Shown piece by piece: positions 55,001 through 64,000 of a stretch of 64,000 nt of DNA; the stretch's first letter is position 1, and each line of letters opens with the position of its first letter. Below the pieces are notes generated by a model. That model ran no database searches. It saw only the letters and a list, made by a program, of their open reading frames with translations, and was not told the DNA's origin. The stretch is from the NCBI RefSeq assembly GCF_009914755.1, contig NC_060946.1. One strand, given 5' to 3'. A program made the translations under genes and the position numbers. The DNA is from the human T2T-CHM13v2.0 reference genome, Homo sapiens.

Positions 55001-58000
55001 CCAGGTGATTCATCTCTTGACTAGGATTTGCCTACAGAGGTTATTGTGAAATATCTCAGCACTGATAAACTAGGTGGTGTAACCCTTATCCAAGCTCTGC
55101 CTACAGGGGCGTTTTCACATATCCCTGAAGTGATGACAAAGGTGATGTAACTCTTGCCTAGGCTTTGCCTACAGGGGACATTGGACATATATCTGCACTG
55201 ATCACCCAGGTGATGCAACTTTTGCCTAGGCTTTGCCTACAGGGGACATTGTGACATATCGCTTCAATGATCACTCATGTGATGCAACTCTTGCCTAGGC
55301 TTTGCCTACAGGGGACATTGTGACATATCTCTGCACTGATCTCCCAGGTGCTGTAACTTTAGTCTAGACTCTGGCTACACGGCATTGTGACATATCACTG
55401 CACTGATCAACCAGGTGATATAACTCTTGTCTAGGCTCTGCCTACAGGGTGCATTGTGACATATCCCTGCAATGATCACCCAGGTGATCTAACTCTGGTT
55501 TATGCTCTGCCTAAAGGGGCATTGTGACAGATCTCTGCACTGATCACTCAGGTGATGTAACTATTGTCTAGGCTCTGCTTAAAGGGGCCTTGTCACATAT
55601 CTCTGCACTGATCACCCAGGTGATGTAACTCTTGTCTAGCCTCTGCTTCCACGGCATATTGTAACATATCTATGCACTGATCACCTTAGTGATGTAACAC
55701 TTGTGCAGGCTCGGCCTACAGGGTAATATTGACATATATCGGCACTGTTAAACGAGGTGATTTAACTCTTGTCTAGGCTGTGCCCACAGGGGGATTGAGA
55801 CATATCTCTGCACTGATCCCGAGGTGATCCAACTGTTGCCTGGTCTCTGCCTACTGGGGACTTTGTGACATAGCTCTACACTGATCTCCCAGGTGCTGTA
55901 ACTTTAGTCTAGGCTCTGGCTACACGGCATTGTGACATATCACTGCACTGATCAACCAGGTAATATAAATCTTGTCTAGGCTCTGCCTACAATGGCCTTG
56001 TGACATATCTCTGCACTGATCACCCGGGTGATATAACTCTTCTCTAGGATCTGACCACAGGGTGCTTTGTGACATTTCCCTGCAATGATCACCCAGGTGA
56101 TATACCACTTGCCAAGGCTCTGCCCACAGGGGCATTGCAATGTATCTCTGCACTGATCACCTAGGTCTTGTAACTCTTTTCTTCAATCTGCCCTCAGGGT
56201 GCTTTTTGACGTATCGCAGCAAGGATTACCCAGGTGATGTACCTCTCGTCAATGCTCAGCCTACAGGCACATAGCGATGTATCTCTGCACTGATCACCTA
56301 GGTCATGTAACTTTTGTCTAGGCTCTGCCTACGATGGCATTGTGACATATCTCTGCACTAATCATCCAACTGATGTAACACTTGTCTAGGATCTGCCTAA
56401 ATTAACTTTGTGACATAACCCTGTACTGATCATCCAGGTGATGGGGCTTTTGTCTAGGCTCTGCCTAAGGGGGCATTGTGACATATTTCTGCATTGATCA
56501 CCCAGGTGGCGAACTCTTCTCTTGGATCTGCCTATGGGGGCATTGTGACAAATCTCTGCACTGATCACCCAGGTGATGTAACTGTTGTGTACCCTCTGCC
56601 TACAGGGGAATTGTGAGAGATCTCGCCACTGATCACCCAAGTGATGTAACCATTGTCTAGGCTTTGCGTACAGGGGGCTTTGTGACATACCTTTGCATTG
56701 ATCACCCAGGTGATGTAACACATCTAAGTTCGGCCTAAAGGAGCTTTGTGACATATCTCTGCACTGATCACTTAGGTGATGTAACACTTTTATAAGCACT
56801 GCCTACAGGGAATTTTGACAAATCTCTGCACTGATCACCTAGGTGATGTAACGCTTGTCTACCCTCTGTCCAACGGGGCATTGTGAAATATTTCTGCACT
56901 GATCACCCAGGTGATTCAACTCTTGACTAGGATCTGCCTACAGAGGTTATTGTGAAATATCTCTGCACTGATAAACTAGGTGGTGTAACCCTTATCCAAG
57001 CTCTGCCTACAGGGGCGTTTTCACATATCCCTGAAGTGATGACAAAGGTGATGTAACTCTTGCCTAGGCTTTGCCTACAGGGGACATTGGACATATATCT
57101 GCATTGATCACCCAGGTGATGCAACTCTTGCCTAGGCTTTGCCTACAAGGGACATTGTGACATATCGCTTCAATGATCACCCATGTGATGCAACTCTTGC
57201 CTAGGCTTTGCCTACAGGGGACATTGTGACATATCTCTGCACTGATATCCCAGGTGCTGTAACTTTAGTCTAGACTCTGGCTACACGGCATTGTGACATA
57301 TCACTGCACTGATCAACGAGGTGATATAACACTTGTCTAGGCTCTGCCTACAGGGGGCTTGTGACATATCTCTGCACTGATCTCCCAGGTGATATAACTC
57401 TTCTCTAGGATCTGCCTACAGGGTGCTTTGTGACATATCCCTGCAATGATCACCCAGGTGATCTAACTCTGGTTTAAGCTCTGCCTAAAGGGGCATTGTG
57501 ACAGATCTCCGCACTGATCACTCAGGTGATGTAACTATTGTCTAGGCTCTGCTTAAAGGGGCCTTGTCACATATCTCTGCAATGATCACCCAGGTGATGT
57601 AACTCTTGTCTAGCCTCTGCTTTCACGGCATATTGTAACATATCTATGCACTGATCACCTTAGTGATGTAACACTTGTGCAGGCTCGGCCTACAGGGTAA
57701 TATTGACATATCTCTGCACTGTTAACCGAGGTGATTTAACTCTTGTCTAGGCTGTGCCCACAGTGTGATTGAGACATATCTCTGCACTGATCCCGAGGTG
57801 ATCCAACTGTTGCCTGGTCTCTGCCTACTGGGGACATTGTGACATATCTCTGCACCGATCTCCCAGGTGCTGTAACTTTAGTCTAGGCTCTGGCTACACG
57901 GCACTGTGACATATCAATGCACTGATCACCCAGGTGATATAAATCTTGTCTAGGCTCTGCCTACAATGGCCTTGTGACATATCTCTGCACTGATCACCCA

Positions 58001-61000
58001 GGTGATATAACTCTTCTCTAGGATCTGACCACAGGGTGCTTTGTGACATTTCCCTGCAATGATAACCCAGGTGATATACCACTTGCCAAGGCTCTGCCTA
58101 CAGGGGCATTGCGATGTATCTCTGCACTGATCACCTAGGTCTTTTAACTCTTTTCTTCGATCTGCCCTCAGGGTGCTTTTTGACGTATCCCAGCAAGGAT
58201 TACCCAGGTGATGTACCTCTCATCAAGGCTCTGCCTACAGGCACATTGCGATGTATCTCTGCACTGATCACCTAGGTCATGTAACTTTTGTCTAGGCTCT
58301 GCCTACGATGGCATTGTGACATATCTCTGCACTAATCATCCGGGTGATGTAACACTTGTCTAGGATCTGCCTAAATTAACTTTGTGACATAACCCTGTAC
58401 TGATCATCCAGGTGATGGGGCTTTTGTCTAGGCTCTGCCTAAGGGGGTATTGTGACATATTTCTGCATTGATCACCCAGGTGGCGAACTCTTCTCTTGGA
58501 TCTGCCTATGGGGGCATTGTGACAAATCTCTGCACTGATCACCCAGGTGATGTAACTGTTGTGTAACCTCTGCCTACAGGGGAATTGTGAGAGATCTCGC
58601 CACTGATCACCCAAGTGATGTAACCATTATCTAGGCTTTGCGTACAGGGGGCTTTGTGACATTCCTTTGCACTGATCACCCAGGTGATGTAACACATCTA
58701 AGTTCGGCCTAAAGGAGCTTTGTGACATATCTCTGCACTGATCACTTAGGTGATGTAACACTTTTATAAGCACTGCCTACAGGGAATTTTGACAAATCTC
58801 TGCACTGATCACCTACGTGATGTAACGCTTGTCTACCCTCTGTCCAACGGGGCATTGTGAAATATCTCTGCACTGATCACCCAGGTGATTCAACTCTTGA
58901 CTAGGATCTGCCTACAGAGGTTATTGTGAAATATCTCTGCACTGATAAACTAGGTGGTGTAACCCTTATCCAAGCTCTGCCTACAGGGGCGTTTTCACAT
59001 ATCCCTGAAGTGATGACAAAGGTGATGTAACTCTTGCCTAGGCTTTGCCTACAGGGGACATTGGACATATATCTGCACTGATCACCCAGGTGATGCAACT
59101 CTTGCCTAGGCTTTGCCTACAGGGGACATTGTGACATATCTCTGCACTGATCTCCCAGGTGCTGTAACTTTAGTCTAGACTCTGGCTACACGGCATTGTG
59201 ACATATCACTGCACTGATCAACCAGGTGATATAACTCTTGTCTAGGCTCTGCCTACAGGGGGCTTGTGACATAGGTCTGCACTGATCACCCAGGTGATAT
59301 AACTCTTCTCTAGGATCTGCCTACAGGGTGCTTTGTGACATATCCCTGCAATGATCACCCAGGTGATCTAACTCTGGTTTAAGCTCTGCCTAAAGGGGCA
59401 TTGTGACAGATCTCTCCACTGATCACTCAGGTGAAGTAACTATTGTCTAGGCTCTGCTTAAAGGGGCCTTGTCACATATCTCTGCAATGATCACCCAGGT
59501 GATGTAACTCTTGTCTAGCCTCTGCTTTCACGGCATATTGTGACATATCTATGCACTGATCATCTTAGTGATGTAACACTTGTGTAGGCTCGGCCTACAG
59601 GGGAATATTGACATATCTCTGCACTGTTAACCGAGGTGATTTAACTCTTGTCTAGGCTGTGCCCACAGGGGGATTGAGACATATCTCTGCACTGATCCCG
59701 AGGTGATCCAACTGTTGCCTGGTCTCTGCCTACTGGGGACATTGTGACATATCTCTGCACTGATCTCCCAGGTGCTGTAACTTTAGTCTAGGCTCTGGCT
59801 ACACGGCATTGTGACATATCACTGCACTGATCACCCAGGTGACATAAATCTTGTCTAGGCTCTGCCTACAATGGCCTTGTGACATATCTCTGCACTGATC
59901 ACCCAGGTGATATAACTCTTCTCTAGGATCTGACCACAGGGTGCTTTGTGACATTTCCCTGCAATGATCACCCAGGTGATATACCACTTGCCAAGGCTCT
60001 GCCTACAGGGGCATTGCAATGTATCTCTGCACTGATAACCTAGGTCTTGTAACTCTTTTCTAGGATCTGCCCACTGGGTCCTTTTTGACGTATCCCAGCA
60101 AGGATTACCCAGGTGATGTACCTCTCATCAAGGCTCTGCCTACAGGCACATTGCGATGTATCTCTGCACTGATCACCTGGGTCATGTAACTTTTGTCTAG
60201 GCTCTGCCTACGATGGCATTGTGACATATCTCTGCACTAATCATCCAAGTGATGTAAACAACGTCTAGGATCTGCCTAAATTAACTTTGTGACATAACCC
60301 TGTACTGATCATCCAGGTGATGGGGCTTTTGTCTAGGCTCTGCCTAAGGGTGCATTGTGACATATTTCTGCATTGATCACCCAGGTGGCGAACTCTTCTC
60401 TTGGATCTGCCTATGGGGGCATTGTGATAAATCTCTGCACTGATCACCCAGGTGATGTAACTGTTGTGTAACCTCTGCCTACAGGGGAATTGTGAGAGAT
60501 CTCTCCACTGATTAACCAAGTGATGTTACCATTTTCTAGGCTTTGCGTACAGGGGGCTTTGTGACATACCTTTGCACTGATCACCCAGGTGATGTAACAC
60601 ATCTAAGTTCGGCCTAAAGGAGCTTTGTGACATATCTCTGCACTGATCACTTAGGTGATGTAACACTTGTATAAGCACTGCCTACAGGGAATTTTGACAA
60701 ATCTCTGCACTGATCACCTAGGTGATGTAACGCTTGTCTACCCTCTGTCCAACGGGGCATTGTGAAATATCTCTGCACTGATCACCCTGGTGATTCAACT
60801 CTTGACTAGTATCTGCCTACAGAGGTTATTGTGAAATATCTCTGCATTGATAAACTAGGTGTTGTAACCCTTGTCCAAGCTCTGCCTATAGGGACGTTTT
60901 CACATATCCCTGAACTGATGACAAAGGTGATGTAACTATTGCCTAGGCTTTGCCCACAGGGGACATTGGACATATATCTGCACTGATCACTCAGGTGATG

Positions 61001-64000
61001 CAACTCTTGCCTAGGCTTTGCCTACAGGGGACATTGTGACATATCTCTCCACTGATCTCCCATGTGCTGTAACTTTAGTCTAGGCTCTGGCTACATGGCA
61101 TTGTGACATATCACTGCACTGATCAACCAGGTGATATAACACTTCTATAGGCTCTGCCTACAGGGGGCTTGTGACATACCTCTGCACTGATCACACAGGT
61201 GATATAACTCCTCTCTAGGATCTACCTACTGGGTGCTTGGTGACATATCCCTGCACTGATCACCCAGGTGATCTAACTCTCGTCTGAGCTCTGCCTAAAG
61301 GGCATTGTGACAGATCTCTGCACTGATCACCCAGGTGATGTAACTCTTGTCTAGGCTCTCCTTGCAGGGCATATTGTGACATATCTATGCACTGATCACC
61401 TTAGTGATGTAACACTTGTGTAGGCTCGGCCTACAGAGAAATCTTGACATATCTCTGCACTGTTAACCGAGGTGATTTAATTCTTGCCTAGGCTGTGCCC
61501 ACAGGGGGATTGAGACATATCTCCGCACTGATCCCGAGGTGATCCAACTCTTGCCTGGTCTCTGCCTACTGGGGACATTGTGACATATCTCTGCACTGAT
61601 CAACCAGGTGATATAACTCTTGTCTAGGCTCTGCCTACAATGGTCTTGTGACATATCTCTGCACTGATCACCCAGGTGATATAACTCTTCTCTAGGATCT
61701 GACCACAGGGTGCTTTGTGACATATCCCTGCAATGATCACCCAGGTGATATACCACTTGCCAAGGTTCTGCCTACTGGGGCATTGCAATGTATCTCTGCA
61801 CTAATCAACTTGGTCTTGTAAATCTTTTCTAGAATCTGCCCACAGGGTGCTTTGTGACGTATCCCAGCAAGGATTACCCAGGTGAAGTAACTCTCATCAA
61901 GGCTCTGCCTACAGGCACATTGCGATGTATCTCTGCACTGATCAAATAGGTCATGTAACTTTTGTCTAGGCTCTGCCTACGATAGCATTGTGACATATCT
62001 CTGCACTAATCATCCAAGTGATGTAACACTTTTCTAGGATCTGCCTAAATTAACTTTGTGACATAACCCTGTACTGATCATCCAGGTGATGGGGCTTTTG
62101 TCTAGGCTCTGTCTAAGGGGGCATTGTGACATATTTCTGCATTGATCACCCACGTGGCGAACTCTTCTCTTGGATCTGCCTATGGGGGCATTGTGACAAA
62201 TCTCTGCACTGATCACCCAGGTGATGTAACTGTTGTGTAACCTCTGCCTACAGGGAAATTGTGAGAGATCTCTCCACTGATCACCCAAGTGATGTAACCT
62301 TTGTCTAGGCTTGGCGTACAGGGGGATTTGTGACATACCTTTGCACTGATCACCCAGGTGATGTAACACATCTAAGTTCGGCCTAAAGGAGCTTTGTGAC
62401 ATATCTCTGCACTGATCACTTAGGTGATGTAACACTTTTATAAGCACTGCCTACAGGGAATTTTGACAAATCTCTGCACTGATCACCTAAGTGATGTAAC
62501 GCTCGTCTACCCTCTGTCCAACGGGGCATTGTGAAATATCTCTGCACTGATCACCCAGGTGATTCAACTCTTGACTAGGATCTGCCTACAGAGGTTATTG
62601 TGAAATATCTCTGCACTGATAAACTAGGTGGTGTAACCCTTATCCAAGCTCTGCCTACAGGGGCGTTTTCACATATCCCTGAAGTGATGACAAAGGTGAT
62701 GTAACTCTTGCCTAGGCTTTGCCTACAGGGGACATTGGACATATGTCTGCACTGATCACCCAGGTGATGCAACTCTTGCCTAGGCTTTGCCTACAGGGGA
62801 CATTGTGACATATCTCTGCACTGATCTCCCAGGTGCTGTAACTTTAGTCTAGACTCTGGCTGCACGGCATTGTGACATATCACTGCACTGATCAACCAGG
62901 TGATATAACTCTTGTCTAGGCTCTGCCTACAGGGGGCTTGTGACATATCTCTGCACTGATCACCCAGGTGATATAACTCTTCTCTAGGATCTGCCTACAG
63001 GGTGCTTTGTGACATATCCCTGCAATGATCACCCAGGTGATCTAACTCTGGTTTAAGCTCTGCCTAAAGGGGCATTGTGACAGATCTCTGCACTGATCAC
63101 TCAGGTGATGTAACTATTGTCTAGGCTCTGCTTAAAGGGGCCTTGTCACATATCTCTGCAATGATCACCCAGGTGATGTAACTCTTGTCTAGCCTCTGCT
63201 TTCACGGCATATTGTGACATATCTATGCACTGATCACCTTAGTGATGTAACACTTGTGTAGGCTCGGCCTACGGGGGAACATTGACATATCTCTGCACTG
63301 TTAACCGAGGTGATTTAACTCTTGTCTAGGCTGTGCCCACAGGGGGATTGAGACATATCTCTGCACTGATCCCGAGGTGATCCAACTTTTGCCTGGTCTC
63401 TGCCTACAGGGGACATTGTGACATATCTCTGCATTGATCTCCCAGGTGCTGTAACTTTAGTCTAGGCTCTGACTACACGTCATTGTGACATATCACTGCA
63501 CTGATCACCCAGGTGATATAAATCTTGTCTAGGCTCTGCCTACAATGGCCTTGTGACATATCTCTGCACTGATCACCCAGGTGATATAACTCTTCTCTAG
63601 GATCTGACCACAGGGTGCTTTGTGACATTTCCCTGCAATGATCACCCAGGTGATATACCACTTGCCAAGGCTCTGCCTACAGGGGCATTGCAATGTATCT
63701 CTGCACTGATCACCTAGGTCTTGTAACTCTTTTCTAGGATCTGCCCACTGGGTGCTTTTTGACGTATCCCAGCAAGGATTACCCAGGTGATGTACCTCTC
63801 ATCAAGGCTCTGCCTACAGGCACATTGCGATGTATCTCTGCACTGATCACCTGGGTCATGTAACTTTTGTCTAGGCTCTGCCTACGATGGCATTGTGACA
63901 TATCTCTGCACTAATCATCCAAGTGATGTAACCAATGTCTAGTATCTGCCTAAATTAACTTTGTGACATAACCCTGTACTGATCATCCAGGTGATGGGGC
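49020..64000. repeat. HOR subfamily domain III
   Basis: Shared variants: TAACGCTTGTC (M24), CTTATCCAAG and CTGAAGTGATG (M26), TAGACTCTGG (M1), GTTTAAGC (M4), GCTTAAAGGG (M5), TAGCCTCTGCTTTCACGGC (M6), ACAATGGCC (M11), GACATTTCCC (M12). Confidence 0.85.
60780..62034. repeat. Divergent part of a short 26-mer HOR copy (1,769 bp between anchors 60265 and 62034)
   Basis: It lacks one M28/M29 monomer (-69), M5 (-68), M10 (-67) and 1 bp near 61300, summing to -205. It also lacks the domain III markers and has many private substitutions. Confidence 0.82.

Larger units (their letters stand above)
1..64000. repeat. Beta satellite (68-bp Sau3A / BSR-Beta) tandem array, roughly 940 monomers, one orientation, extending beyond both window edges
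   Basis: The motif TGCACTGATCACCCAGGTGATGTAACTCTTGTCTAGGCTCTGCCTACAGGGGCATTGTGACATATCTC recurs every 66-69 bp (GATC-equivalent starts at 5, 72, 140, 209, 277, 345, 414, 482, 550, 618...). I recognise it as the primate beta-satellite consensus with its Sau3A site. No non-satellite sequence was seen. Confidence 0.97.

Noticed and set aside
1120-63661. Dozens of minus-strand His/Cys-rich ORFs (LHHLGDQCRDMSQ, YITWVISAEICHN) resembling zinc-finger or repeat proteins
   Set aside because: They are translations of a 68-bp monomer whose length is not a multiple of 3, so peptide motifs rotate between frames. They are at most 146 aa, are freely broken by stops and frameshifts among copies, and lack C2H2 spacing. 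The strand bias arises because TGA, TAA and TAG are dense on the + strand.
1-64000. CRISPR-like appearance: a palindromic conserved core of about 30 bp every ~68 bp with more variable sequence between
   Set aside because: The would-be spacers are homologous to one another and recur in fixed HOR order. There is no leader and no cas gene, and the unit matches primate beta satellite.
1-64000. Alpha satellite, HSat1-3, D4Z4/DUX4 or LSau sequence
   Set aside because: There is no 171-bp period, no CATTC repeats and no GC-rich 3.3-kb unit or homeobox ORF. D4Z4-like and LSau sequences often neighbour beta satellite, but none is seen here.
1-64000. Transposon insertion (Alu, L1, LTR) or inversion within the array
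   Set aside because: No poly(A) tails, non-satellite tracts or reverse-orientation monomers were seen. All anchor-spacing changes are explained by whole-monomer gains or losses and 1-bp indels.
1-64000. Assignment to a specific species or chromosome
   Set aside because: The ~2.0-kb HOR suggests the acrocentric-type subset in human or a great ape, but no unique flanking sequence is present. An alignment to T2T assemblies is needed.

Overview
The whole 64 kb window is one uninterrupted, single-orientation array of primate beta satellite (68-bp Sau3A family, BSR/Beta). The monomer consensus read from the sequence is GATCACCCAGGTGATGTAACTCTTGTCTAGGCTCTGCCTACAGGGGCATTGTGACATATCTCTGCACT. Monomers of 66-69 bp form a 29-mer higher-order repeat (HOR) of about 1,974 bp, present in about 32 copies. 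Above the HOR are near-identical super-repeats (3,878 bp x2, 8,508 bp offset x2, 3,948 bp x~2.8), HOR length variants from 1,769 to 2,790 bp, and three sequence subfamily domains with sharp junctions near 14.5 kb and 49.0 kb. The ~2.0 kb HOR fits the beta-satellite subset described on human acrocentric short arms, but species and chromosome cannot be proven from this window. I see no credible gene, RNA gene, transposon or CRISPR system, and all listed ORFs are translations of the satellite. I found no new gene system; the notable signal is the nested repeat architecture and its readable recombination history. All comparisons were made by eye using ORF coordinates as anchors, so boundaries are approximate. 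Monomers are numbered M1-M29 from the GAT at position 5.
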